From NCBI RefSeq assembly GCF_001194135.2, contig NC_068983.1, positions 105,882,808-105,932,358 of the forward strand: a stretch of 49,551 nt of DNA, read 5' to 3'. Below the pieces are notes generated by a model, which saw nothing but the letters and a program-made list of their open reading frames with translations, was not told where the DNA came from and ran no database searches. Source of the DNA: Octopus bimaculoides (lineage: Eukaryota). Position numbers and translations under genes: made by a program. Below, piece by piece: positions 35,590 to 48,352 of this stretch (the stretch's first letter is position 1; each line of letters begins with the position of its first letter).

Positions 35590-36066
35590 TGTAAGAAAAA
35601 AACAGAAAATTTGGATCTTTCTGATTTGGCGGGCGCCACTTGTTTTCTTAACGAAACACTTTCAAACTTAGGACACTGGTAGAATGTATCATATAAAACA
35701 TCTTTTACTCTTAGTGTTATTGAGAAAATTTTATATTTTTAAAGTTATTTCGTGTTAAAATTGTCGTATTTCGGTAATTTCAACCAATCACTGACGTCTA
35801 TTGAGGTGAAAACAATTACTGCTGTGGAATGTAAACAATACGTTCTAGCGGTGTAATGGGATCTTTTCCCTTGAATTAAATTAGTGCCGTTGTTTGTCAA
35901 CAACAACTATCGGCGGTACTGTTATTTATGACATCGTTCGTGCGTTTGTACTGGTTTTAGCTTTGGGGTTTTAGGGTTAGGGTTCGGGTTTTAGAGTTAG
36001 GGTAAGAGTTTGGCAAAAATACTCATAACCCTAAACCTAACCCCAACTCTAAAACCCGAACCCTAC
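35590..36066. mobile_element. Partial MITE related to 36831-37447, with telomere-like TTAGGG variants
   Basis: 35640-35810 is the near reverse complement of 37250-37410 (tttcaaccaatcactgacgtc shared). A perfect 21-bp inverted repeat lies at 35978-35998 / 36045-36065. Confidence 0.65.
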
Positions 36067-36233
36067 CGCTTGACAACCGATGTTCGAGTGTTCACATCAC
36101 AGTAACTTAGCTGTTCGGCAAGATAGACTGATAATAAAAAAATAAGCACTGGGGTCGATACATTCGACTAAAAAATCCCTCAAAGCATGACCACAGTCTA
36201 ATGGGTGAAACAAGTAATAAGATAAATAAATAA

Positions 36234-36265
<32 letters not shown>

Positions 36266-36830
36266 GACACTTAACAAATTCACTCTCAAGGCATTGGTCC
36301 CCCCGGGGTAATAGTAAAAAACGTCCAAAAGTGCCACACTGGAACTGAACTACAAACCACGTGGTTTCCAAGTGAACCTCTTAACCATACAGCCATGCTT
36401 AAACGATTTTGGGGTTCATCACCTCTGAACTTTTACGTTTAACCCTCCCCTCCATGCACACTGCTCTTGTCTATAATGTTCCACAGGGACGTTACACGGC
36501 CCACCCACCCCACACTTCTTTGAAAAATACTCATCTAAACGAATAGGAGTCTTAAATTTGGCGTAAACCGCATACATTGTCTAAAAATTATGGTTGACTA
36601 ACATATACATACATGTACACATTAAAAGCAATACATGAATATAAAGACTAAAGTTTGCGCGCGCGACGCACACGCGCACACACAGAAGGCCAGATGCTGT
36701 GTGTTTTTCTGTATTGTAAATTATTACTACTCAGTTCATAAGGGGTGACTGGTTGAAGTACAGACATAGCGGGTAACCAGCTGATCCCACTTATGTATAC
36801 AACTAAACTACTTTGCTGTGTCAGTCGATG

Positions 36831-37447
36831 AGACGTCTGGGATATTTTTTAAAACGGGGGCCACATTTTTCATTAATGTTTTACGTAGTGTTTTTGGTAC
36901 CGAAAGACTTTCAAACTTCGTATACTTATCTATTTTGTGTTATAGAACAGAAAAATATTTTTGTATTCGAATTTATTTCATGTAAAAAAATTGTCTTATT
37001 TCGATAATTTCAACCAATCACTGACAAGTATTCAGTTGTTTACATTTACTCCTTTGGCTGATTAAGCCATAGCTTCGTTTTATTTGCTTTTTTCATTTTA
37101 AATTTGCATTTTTCATTTTGTTTTTTTTTTCTTCGTTTTATTTGCTTTTTTCTTTTTAAATTTGCTGTTTTATCCTAACCCTAACCCTATCACCGATAGA
37201 ATTGTTTCAGAATCGTTTGTTTATGTAGTCGGCACTTAATGTATATCGGCTGAATGGACGTCAGTGATTGGTTGAAATTACAGAAATACGACAACTTTAA
37301 CATGGAATAACTTAGGGATTTCTTTTTTTTTAAAGAAGACTAAGAGAAAAAGATGTTTTATATGACACATTCTACCAGTGTTCCAAGTTTCAAAGTGTCT
37401 CGTTAATGAAAAATGTGGCCCCCGTTTTAAAAAAAGATCCGACGTCT
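36831..37447. mobile_element. 617-bp MITE with long (about 190 bp) imperfect TIRs
   Basis: ttttttaaaacgggggccacatttttcattaa is mirrored at 37403-37435; inner tttcaaccaatcactgac / gtcagtgattggttgaaa; central cctaaccctaaccct. Confidence 0.8.
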
Positions 37448-37826
37448 GACCTAGATATAATAACAGAGTGAGACCCTAATACAATTAGTTTCTAATATAT
37501 AGCTACACTGTAGAGAAGTAGCAATGAACGGAATTCTACGGTTAAAAAGCTGCATGCAACTTTAAATATAAAAAGAAGAAAAAAATGTAAGGAAGTCTTT
37601 CCGTTTATTTCGCACTTTTGATCTTGACTCGAATGACTATTTTTTTTTTTTTAGAAATATGTTTATTGACTACTCAAGGAGGAATTACAACCACAGTAAA
37701 TCTTCCAAGAAAATACTGAAATCTCAATTAACAATAATGAATACAAGTTGCCAAATCCGGTTCAGTGTTATACTAAGTTATGAGTACAACTTAATACAAA
37801 CTGGCATCATTAATTAAGGAAACTAA

Positions 37827-37990
37827 GGTTGTGAGCTGGCAGAATCGTTAGCATACCAGGTAAAATGCTTAGTGGCATTTCGTCAATCTGCACGTTCTGA
37901 GTTCAAATTCCACCGAGGTCGACTTTACCTTTCATCCTTTCGGAGTCGATGAAATAGGTATCAGTTGAGCACTGCCAAAATTTGAAACCT
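37827..37990 (+). mobile_element. Family-A SINE with a 17-bp target-site duplication
   Basis: TTAATTAAGGAAACTAA at 37810-37826 and 37991-38007. Confidence 0.9.
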
Positions 37991-40688
37991 TTAATTAAGG
38001 AAACTAAATAGTTTATTAGCGTGGAGAAGGGCAACTAACAAACGAATAAAAAAATTAATGCCCCATCCTACATTTAAAAAGACAAGCGAAAAACAATTGA
38101 TTTTTAAAACCAACAGCATTGTCGGTGCTCTGATGAAGAACTTTTTGGATTATGTAGCTTTTAATAACTGAGGCTGGAATGTTAGAAAATTCAGCAGGAC
38201 TGTGGTCACAGAAGTTATTAGTGAAAGGAAGTCTGCTACGAAAACGGATGTAAATTAACATTCCTGTTGTTGAAACAATATTTGAACCAACAGTGTTTGT
38301 TTCTGCAATTTTCAAGAGGTTTATGTTTAAACCATTACAACATTATTAATAACTCATGTGTCATTTTGCGACTCCACGTCCGTCTAATTCGTTATTATCA
38401 AACTTAACATTTCCTTTTATTTTAACCAGATATTAGGGTGCGCTCATAAAAAGCAAACTACTAGAGGCCTCACAGCAAACCGACGGTATTTTCTTCTTTA
38501 CAAGTCGAGTAACTGACCACAGATTAGAGGAAGTTCAATCCCATTTCCGAGTTAATCAACTCTGATGACAAGTTGAATACTATAGAAATAGAGCTGAAAC
38601 ATTGCTAGCTACAAGGTTTCAGCTTAAACCTTAGAGTTACAAATTAGTTCTCACCACAGAGCATCTAAAATTTGATTACATTTAACATCCCTGTCTCCTT
38701 CTATGCCTTTTGTCAACATTGGAAGCGTATTAAGTAAAAAAAAAAAAAAAAAAGAGGCACATTGTCAAACGGTTCAGTTTTATAACTCCTACTAAGATAC
38801 TTGAATCTGCAAGAACAATGAATACATAAATGTATGGAAAAATTAGCGTAAACACTTAAAATGTTGAAGTAGATCTTAATACATAAACAGGTCAAGTTCT
38901 GACAAAGCATACATAAAGCATGAATTCAATTATTGTTTTAAGTACACAATAAAAAAAAAATTGCAGCTATTTTCTCGAGTTATTACCGAAAACTGAATAG
39001 TAGATCTTCAAGTTCTTACTTTAGACCTAAGTAACTATAGAGCAGTCCCCAACCTTTTTACGGTCAAGGATATCATTCATTCTAAAGAATTTTCGAACCT
39101 TAGGCTTTTAAAAGTTCTACTCAATAAGACGATTTTATTAACTACAAACTCATTTTCCCAGCTTCATCTCTCAATTGTAAGATATATGTAACTGAATGTA
39201 ATTATACGTTTTATACTGCAACTTTTAAAATTTTGAACACAGCTCAAGGGGTCCTTAGCATTACCTTTGTAGACTCCAGCAATTCGCCTTTCTTAAGTTC
39301 GGATCTGCTTTTATAATGTATTAGAGGATGAGCATCACTACGAAGAAAATCCAAGTGAAAGATTAGTAATGATTAACACCATGGCAGGTTCTCAATCCAA
39401 ACTAAAAATAAAGACTGAACTTCATTATGTATTGGTATATATCAAATATAAGATGGCGAGTTATTAGTACATACACACAAACAAACAAAAAGAATGCAGC
39501 TCGGATAACGGACAGGAGTCAACGACTATTGAAAAGGTTGCAAGACGCAACGGAAATTTTAGGAAAAATAAATAAATTAGTAGAAATTTTACCGGTGAGT
39601 GTGTTAAATAAGGCACTAAAAGAGAATGACTCTCCCCAGACACAACAAAATATGCTTAAACCAAATCCCAAAACGAAATATCAATATTCAGTTTACGGCA
39701 ATATTCCAATGGGGTTTCTTGCAGAACTGCCCAACTTTTCGCCAGCTTTTCAAAGCAGGAAGTGACCTCGTTGAAATGCCAGCACCCATCACTTTAATAT
39801 ACATCATCTTGCTTAGGAAATTTCTCCCCCCGTGTTTGCAATTTAAAGCATTTCAGAATCACTCCGTAAAGGTCAATTCTGGGGATAAAGGAAGGGATTT
39901 ATTTTAAAACTTTTATTACTATTATTATTGTTTTTTTTTTTATATTTGCAAATTCAAACTGAGTATTATTACAATAGAACCTCACACTTAGCTGAAATAA
40001 ACTTAAAGTTGGTTTCTTCATTAATGTTTTTTCAGTAATCAATTTAAATCAAGGAGATAGATAGAAAGATAGAGAGAGAGAAGCGGGGAGTAAAGATAGT
40101 CATTAAAACTACCCTTACTTAGTATATATATATTGGTGTTGGTTCAGAATGTATTGGTAGTCCAAGTACAGCACTGAAACAACAGTGTTAACGCACCAAG
40201 AGTTTACAACCGACTTACACACCCCGTTGAGATCATTCAGGCTTCTAAAGTCATTAGAAGTGTCATGCACATGACTAGCATTTCCTCAACCTGATAATTT
40301 GAGTCACTGTTGCCATTGCAATAATAATAAATCATTTATCTTAGAGAAGTGAGGACTGTCCAATGACAGAAAGACGCCAAAGAAAAAAAATGTGCAACAT
40401 AAGTGTCTATGTAGAGGCCGAAACTAACTAACTGTATATAAGGAGGTCTGAGAAGTACAAAAATGCACGACATAAGAATAGGCTTGAGAAGGATAGATTT
40501 CACATGGTAAAAACATGGTCGCTACTGAAGTCAAATGGAGGGGATAACAAAATATACAATTTGGCCATTAACTTCCAGTGGTTTTTCTGCTAAGCTGACC
40601 CCACTCCTAAATCCCAAGTGGGTGATTAGGTATGGACACCATAAGGAGAACAGGCAAAACATGTCATTGTTCCTGCTGTAAGTGTATA

Positions 40689-40731
<43 letters not shown>

Positions 40732-41481
40732 GTGGGGTTCGTTCTGAGAATAGTGTGAAGTTGATAAGAGGACAGTCAGTCTGTTTAATGAACGAAAAGT
40801 ATAGACAGTTATTAAAAAAAAAAAATCACAATCCAATCGACCAGTTAGCATCACCACCACCGTTCCCACTACGACCATACACCATCACCACCGCCGCTGG
40901 TCAAAGAGAAAGTCTTTATGCAATCGGTCGATTTGCTAGAAATAGCAGACACTTCTCTCAAGTCTTACCCTAGAGTTTTTAAAACAAGGAAGTACATATT
41001 AGATACTGTAGTGTTAGATACACTGTCTAGAGGGGAAAAACACAAAAAACAAAACAAAACACGAAATGGTCCCGGCTGCAATGTCGTTGACCATAGAGAT
41101 CTACTTGAGCAGAGACGTTATGGGGCTAAACAGCAACAACGCCACTCCTATCGAAATCGGCGTTATTAGCATCTCTTCTATACCAATGAAGCCATCATCC
41201 ACGTTGCCAACACTAAAGCCACTACCACCACCAACTGCTACTGTTACTGCAATAATCAAAGCAAGAACAGTTTTATTTCTAACTGGTTGAATGAAATAGA
41301 GCGGAATACTGGAGTGATTACAGATGGCCAAAGAAATAAACTTTCACAAACTCAGAGTCTCCTACAAATATTACTGAGTTTCAGAGGATTGCAAACTTCC
41401 AGCATACTCAAAGACTTACCTTGATGTTATAGACATACACTAAAAAATTTGCATAAATGGTAGTTTACTTTCATGAAGTAA

Positions 41482-41831
41482 TTGTTGTTGTTGTTGTTGT
41501 TGTTGTTGGCACTCCGTCGCTTACGACGCCGAGGGTTCCAGTTGATCTGATCAACGGAACAGCTTGCTCGTAAAATTAACGTGCAAGTGGCTGAGCACTC
41601 CACAGACACGTGTGCCCTTAACGTAGTTTTCGGGGATATTCAGCGTGACACAGTGTGACAAGACTGACCCTTTGAATTACAGGCACAACAGAAACAGGAA
41701 GAAAGAGTGAGAGAAAGAGTACAGCAGGGTTCGCCACCATCCCCTGCCGGAGCCTCGTGGAGCTTTAGGTGTTTTCGCTCAATAAACACTCACAACGCCC
41801 GGTCTGGGACTCGAAACCGCGTCCTATGACC
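41482..41831 (-). mobile_element. Family-C SINE (head truncated by an N-gap)
   Basis: Reverse complement of the 10793 and 44666 copies, with a (TTG)n tail at 41482-41508. Confidence 0.9.
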
Positions 41832-41901
41832 NNNNNNNNNNNNNNNNNNNNNNNNNNNNNNNNNNNNNNNNNNNNNNNNNNNNNNNNNNNNNNNNNNNNN
41901 N

Positions 41902-41948
<47 letters not shown>

Positions 41949-42036
41949 GGGAGAGAAAGAGAGCGTCCCCACAAAATGGACATTTTGTAGTCTAATAACT
42001 TAGCCAGCTCTCAATAAAATGTATAAAAACTAAGTC

Positions 42037-42468
42037 TGGATCGGGCATGCCAGTGATAATGACAACGTGCTGTTGAAATGACCACCTCATTCACCTGATT
42101 AGACACCTTGTGTTTTTTTTTCTAGGGCCCTACGTAAAAGGATTGGTTTATATCCCTCTCTTTCTACAAGCCTAGAGGAACCCAAGTATAAAATCACTGA
42201 GGTGCTGGAGAATGTTATGCAAGACATGCTACAGCGTGTTTGGCAAGAGCTGGACTATCGACTTGACGTCTGTCGTGTCACAGGCGGTGCGCATATTGAA
42301 CATTTGGGAAGCTTTGTGAAATCGTTTATAAAATCTACATCCCTCTAAATTTCTTGTTCGAATTTTGATAAATAGATCTTTTATTGTTCAACATAAAGTC
42401 TATTTAATTTCGTTTGCCTCGGACATGTTGTTACTCAGATATGATGTCAATTTTGGGGGTACACCCTG
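42037..42468 (+). mobile_element. 3' fragment of a Tc3/maT/rosa-like (IS630-Tc1-mariner) transposon
   Basis: WIGHASDNDNVLLK*PPHSPD*TPCVFFF*G (cf. WPPRSPDLTPCDFFLWG) and ITEVLENVMQDMLQRVWQELDYRLDVCRVTGGAHIEHL (42193-42306). Ends in a TIR-like ...GGGGTACACCCTG. Confidence 0.85.
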
Positions 42469-42479
42469 GATATATCTGT

Positions 42480-42660
42480 GTGTGTGTGTGTCGATTTGTA
42501 TACAACCCCATAACTCAGCCACAAGACAGCGACAGAATAAGTAGAAGACTTTAAAAAATAAGTACTGGGGTCCATTTAGTCGACTAATCTTACAAGGTGG
42601 TGTACAAGCATGGCCGCAGCTCATCAATGCCTGAAACAAGTAAAACGAGTAAAAGACTAA
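42480..42660 (+). mobile_element. Family-B SINE 3' fragment
   Basis: aagtactggggtccatttagtcgactaa...caagcatggccgcagc...cctgaaacaagtaaaacgagtaaaag. Confidence 0.65.
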
Positions 42661-43671
42661 ATCAAGTTGTTGATCTGATCGAACAGACCTATAACCAAAG
42701 GCAGACCCGTCATAACGATCTTCTCTTTTTTCCTAGCATAATACCTCTAAGACTACATCACCCAACTTATTCTTATCCTTTTAAGGATGTGATTTGAGGT
42801 ACATTTGGTTATCTCTAGCAGCTCGAGTAACTACATAGAGGGTTATTTGTATAACGACTTCAGGTCAGCTATAAGGAAGCAGATCCTATAGCTTACACTG
42901 TGTATCGAAGATTACATTAACCAATGTTTCCTTCTTCTTAAGATGAAAGGATGAAAATTGGGGGTCAAACACACCATTTAGAGACATCTTCGTTGGTCCG
43001 TAGAAGTTGTCTTCGTTTTCTTCCGTTTCAGAGTTAAGTGTCGACAATTGGATTTAAAAAATAGATTTAAGCTAAAAGTCAAACAACGATATTGAAAACG
43101 ATTTAAGCTGTTAAAATGTGTATTAACGTGACCAGATGTTAATGTTTTTTTTTTCACACAGCTCCAGAGAGAAGTTACAGAAACGAGAAACGGCATTTAA
43201 TGCTCATTAAAATAATAACTAACTTCATTTATTATAATGGTGATTAGGGAGTAAATGCCATTAAGAGCATTTTCCAAATAAAATCATCGCAAACGCGCGT
43301 GTGTGAGTATGTGTGTGTCTGCCTGTTATAGTGAATATGGAGTGACCTACAAATAGGTCACTACAAATGGATCAGTAGCTCTCACCGCCTTTGTATCAAT
43401 TATCTTGATCATCGTCTGACACCAACTATTTTTGTCAACAAACTTACACCCTTCTATGTACACACACACACACACACAATATATATATATATATCGGATA
43501 ACAAAAGCCAACAAAGAGCAATGCAACTACTATCTATGTCACAAATAAGGAAATATATATTTTGAGACTCCAAACAGCCAAACGAGAAAATAGCTATTTT
43601 CACAGCATGTGCGCGCGCGCATAACACAGACAGTGTAATACACTGCGTAATACACACACACATATGCAGAG

Positions 43672-43712
<41 letters not shown>

Positions 43713-44261
43713 AGCGCGCGACACATGCACAAACACAAACATATACACATGTATGAGGAGATGAGACATTTTGAAATCAACCCAGTATAGAAGCCCCAGC
43801 ACAGCCGCTCGATATACTAGAAATATTAGCCAATTCTCAAACCTCACCGTAACGTCTTCTTAAAAACATACATAACATTGATGATACGGTCTTACCCATA
43901 CAATCTTTAAAAAACAGGACGAGACGGCTAAAGCTGGAACTCTTTCGTTATAAATAAGGATAACGGTTGACATGGCAGTAATCAACATGTATTTAAATTT
44001 CAAGACTTATTTCTCCCTTACGTTGGCATTATATGAGAATTTTTTTAAAGGAGGAAATGAGAAGTGGTGATATTCATACATTCCCAAAAGGTAAGTTCGG
44101 TGTAAACAGAACAATCTGGAATGGTCTTCGAAGCCATAAAAATACTTACACAGAATCTTAATTATGCTCCATTTTATTTCATTTGTTTCACAGTACCACA
44201 ATTACGATTTCTAACATAATGAATAGTTGAGTGGTTTTGCTCTCAGGCACGAAGAAACATA

Positions 44262-44448
44262 CTTTGGTAGAATACAACAATTGCTGGCATGACCCAACAG
44301 TCGCTGTGTGACACAGCAATTGCTTGTATGATACAATAACTGCTAGTAGGACACAGCAATCGCTCATACAACTGGCTGGATATGGCACCAAATTACTGGT
44401 ATGATACGACAATCGCTGACTTAACACAACTGCCGCTGATACAGCGAG
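44262..44448. repeat. Degenerate minisatellite, period about 20 bp, about 9-10 units
   Basis: Units such as tatgatacaataactgctag, taggacacagcaatcgct and tatgatacgacaatcgctg; consensus approximately TATGAYACARCAATYGCTGG. Confidence 0.65.
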
Positions 44449-44568
44449 TGAAAAAAGAGTATTGTTAATTGATAATGAATATTACTGATTACGAAAAATC
44501 AGACATTTGATTCTATTAAATTTATGGGGAGCACACAAAGTATTGGTCGTTTAAGAAGGATCCTGAAC

Positions 44569-45222
44569 CAGTGGTTCTCAACCGGGGTCCATATGGTCCT
44601 TGAGAATCCATATGAGATTTTGTTGTTGAAAATTATGTGTAATATATCGGTTATACTTCTACAATGTGGAGGCGCAATGGCCCAGTGGTTAGGGCAGCAG
44701 ACTTGCGGTCATAGGATCGCGGTTTCGATTCCCAGACCGGGCGTTAAGAGTGTTTATTGAGCGAAAACACCTAAAGCTCAGCGAGGCTCCGGCAGGGGAT
44801 GGTGGCGAACCCTGCTGTACTCTTTCACCACAACTTTCTCTCATTCTTTCTTCCTGTTTCTGTTGTACCTGTATTTCAAAGGTCCAGCCTTGTCACACTG
44901 TGTCACGCTGAATATCCCCGAGAACTACGTTAAGGGTACACGTGTCTGTGGATTGCTCAGCCACTTGCACGTTAATTTCACGACCAGACTGTTTCGTTGA
45001 TCGGATCGACTGGAACCCTCGACGTCGTAAGCGACGGAGTGCCAACAACTTCTACAATACGCAGAATATTTAACAATTTTTTAAAATACAATTCTTAATA
45101 ATAACTAACTATAAAAATATGGGATCTTTCAAAAAACTTCAAATGGCTATGGCGGGTCCAATAGAGCAAAATAGGAATCAAAAGAGGTCCATAGGTAAAA
45201 AGAAAATGGTTGAGAACCAGTG
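44569..45222. mobile_element. hAT MITE carrying a nested SINE
   Basis: TIRs CAGTGGTTCTCAACC / GGTTGAGAACCAGTG; 8-bp TSD TCCTGAAC / TCCTAAAC. Confidence 0.85.
44666..45047 (+). mobile_element. Full-length family-C SINE
   Basis: Complete tRNA-like head; perfect 11-bp TSD ACTTCTACAAT at 44655-44665 and 45048-45058. Confidence 0.92.
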
Positions 45223-48169
45223 TCCTAAACTGAAGAGAAAAGAAAGTGGTGAGTTAGAACACACTTTTCCAGGTATGTTGGTAGTCTTAGTGAAATGAAA
45301 TCATTTTCAATTGGAAACTGGAATTGTGCACTGGTTCTTAAATTGACGAAAGTTATTCAAAGCTGCGATCTATAGATTAATTGATTTATGATCGATAATT
45401 ACTAAAAACATTCTTTAGAGAAGTAACAAACACTGCAGAACCAGACAAGCGTGCCCACAGGTCAATATTGATTCTTGGTTGTAGTCACATCTCTTAATTC
45501 AATGTCTAAAATACTTTTGAGAAAGTCATGAATATCACACGATGTTTATACTCCCCACCCACCTCGAAAGGCGCCACCTATGTAACTAATCAATATTCTG
45601 CTTTATCCTAAAGAAACGTTGGTCTGAATTTCTCATAACTAATTACATATTAATGAAAAGAAAATCACCGAACTCTGATATGTGATTTAGCAAATTCTCA
45701 CAAAAAAATAAGTTAATAGAAAATAAAGGGTGATCGACAGTTCGGTAGTGACTTGGCTGTTGCAATAGCATGGGCACAGCAATGGCATAGCCTGAGTTTG
45801 TGCCGCCCGGGGCAGCTCTCGAGTTTGTCACCACTCGAGCCCCCAAGCCTATATATATAGGCTTATACAGCAGACCCAAAAGTATCGCTCCTATAAAAGC
45901 TCCCCCTTCCCACCCCACTTTCTGAAGCCTTAAAAAGAGTCATGGATGTTGTTTTTCTTCTTTAGTGTAAGCCGTTAAAAAAGAAGAGGGAAATATATGG
46001 ATTATTACTAGAGATAGTATACAACTGTTATAGAAAACGACCAAGATGATGTTAAACTATTTCGAATCATGTCAACTCGTATATTTTTAGATGAAGGTAG
46101 TGATTTGTTTTAAAGCAGATACTGGGATGTAAAAAAAGATGTCAAGTGTGACCTAGATAAGGTCGTTTAACTTGAAAATTATCCTTGTGATCAGAAAACA
46201 ACCCTAACACAACTTCTACAAATTTAGAAATTCTAGAAATTTATAATAGAAATCAATTCCGATAATTAACAAGTCTTCCAATGAACTCAATGGCCTACAA
46301 TTACGATCTTTATTTTCGAAATATTTGGTTTCATCTTCACCGAAGCTCAATCTTTGTGGTTCGCAGTGGAAGCTCTTTTTTACTCATCACATATTTAGTG
46401 TAAAAAAAAAAAAAAACCAAATTAATTCTAAATAAGAACTATTCAGAGGAATTGGAAATGATTAAACCGTTCAGTGGCCCAGTCATATTAGGAAATCAAG
46501 TTCATTCGAACGGTATATCCTTGGTTAGACGGTATATCGATAGATGATTGGAATGCCAGGAACAGTACTGCAGCATCATGCCATAGGCTATTGATCTTTA
46601 TCATTGGTAAAGTCATGTTTCATATTGTAAATTAGAAAGTCCTTAAGACTAGAAAGGAAAGATACTTGGTTTGGATAGGGGCAAGAAATTTTTTTTACCC
46701 TCATTAGTGAGAGTAAAACTTTCAAGACTGCTTTTCATTGAAGAAGTTATTTAGTCTTATATCTCTTATTGCCATAAGGAACATCTGCTTAGGATAAAAG
46801 CCTGTAGAATTACAATTATTTTTAGTTCGTTTGTTTGCAATTATTGATTAACCATCCATATACCAGTTATGTAGATTTCTTAAAGAAATTTCGGTATGCT
46901 AGATTTTTTATCACTTCCAACACGCAAATATTTATATAAACCGGAGGGCAAAAATATTATTGGGAACCAATTTATTCCAGATATGCCAAGGGAATTCTTT
47001 CTTTATTGAATGAAAAAAGAAAAAAAAAAACAAATTGGAATAAAAGACAGAAATAACATGCTTGGGTAAAAATCTTAATTTCCACATTAAACGACCATTT
47101 TAGATTCATCTGTCAAAACTGCCATGAGCTAATGAAGGTGCTAATGCCAGCTGAATTTCCATTAAATGATATTGTACTGTACTAAAAAAGAGCGGACACA
47201 TTGGATAATATAAACCTAGATTGCTTTGTTCTTTACTCAGAGGAGAAAAAGTAGCGTTCATGGTGTCCGAGAAGATAAAGGAGAGATTACGGTTTATGAA
47301 AGACTAGTTCTCTGGCTCTAATACTGTAACAGAGCAGATCCCGTAAAAGATACTTAAGGGCTAGGTGATGTTGTTCAAGTGGGTGGTGCATGAGATCTAC
47401 CATTCAAGAACAAGTACAGTCCGTTTGACGAGTTTTTACACTTTCTGTCACCTACATAAGTAATCTATTATGTAATTCTTATAAACCCTCAACAGGGATA
47501 TAGCGGTGATATATAGCGTGTCTGTGCCATGATCTAGTGAAGTATATCCAAATCTGTCCACAATCGATTTTTTTAGAAATAAAGGTGGAAAGAAGACTGT
47601 CACTTTATTTATCGACTACAAAAAAATTTAAAGCAAAGTTGATCTAGGAGCTATCCTAACTCAAGAGATCGAAAACCGTATAACGATGTGCCCAGTGCCC
47701 TAACGACTTCGCCAATTCGCCTGCTTAATATTTATGTGTATAAAAAGTATATACAAGTATATAAATAGTTAAGAGAGATAAGTTAAATGAAATTGCTTTT
47801 CCATGTTACTGAAATCAAAAGCCGATCTAAAAGATCTATATTGATCGCAAAAGTGTTTACAAATTCAAGATATAATTCCCCAGAACGTTGATAGTTGCTT
47901 ATTAAAATAATTACAATTGTCCCCATTGCAGTAGGAGTTGATTGTATATGCTGTAGTATAAGTATAATGAGCTAGCAATCACCTTTATGATGAAGATGAG
48001 GAGGATTATAAGGATGATGATGATGATAATGGTGACAATTATCATGACAACGACAATAATAATGATAAAGAGAAGATGACAGTGTATTTACAGTTTAGAT
48101 GTGAACAGACGAATAAGCCATAGGCATACAGATTGATAAATAGGCTTAGTTTTGATATTCCTTTCAATT

Positions 48170-48352
48170 ATTAGCACAAAGCCTGAAATTTAATGGGAGC
48201 GGTTAGTCGGATACATCGACCTCAGTGTTCAACTGGTACTTATCTTATTGACTTCGAAAGTCGACCTCGGCGGAATTTGAACCTAGAACATAGACGGGAA
48301 AAATGCTGCTAAGCAATTTTCCCGGCATGCTCACGATTCTGCCAGCTCGCCA
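48170..48352 (-). mobile_element. Family-A SINE (a more decayed copy lies at about 47590-47720)
   Basis: aactggtacttatcttattgac...aagtcgacctcggcggaatttgaacc...cacgattctgccagctcgcc. Confidence 0.8.

Noticed and set aside
35960-36066. TTAGGG-like runs as an interstitial telomere or chromosome-fusion scar
   Set aside because: They are short, degenerate and embedded in a MITE-like element.
38055-38315. ORF segment SNIVSTTGMLIYIRFRS, faintly like a CUB-domain strand
   Set aside because: It lacks the conserved Cys/Gly/Phe framework and convincing splice sites.
39688-39807. Minus-strand small ORF containing MGAGIS (myristoylation-like) with a phase-0 GCC|GTAAAC, tempting as the missing upstream GTPase exon
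   Set aside because: In-frame upstream ATGs (MMYIKV-MG) spoil the N-terminal Gly signal, the donor is weak, and it lies 16.6 kb away. It can only be tested with spliced reads.
39427-39907. Overlapping 112-aa and 93-aa plus-strand ORFs
   Set aside because: No recognisable motifs or splice partners.
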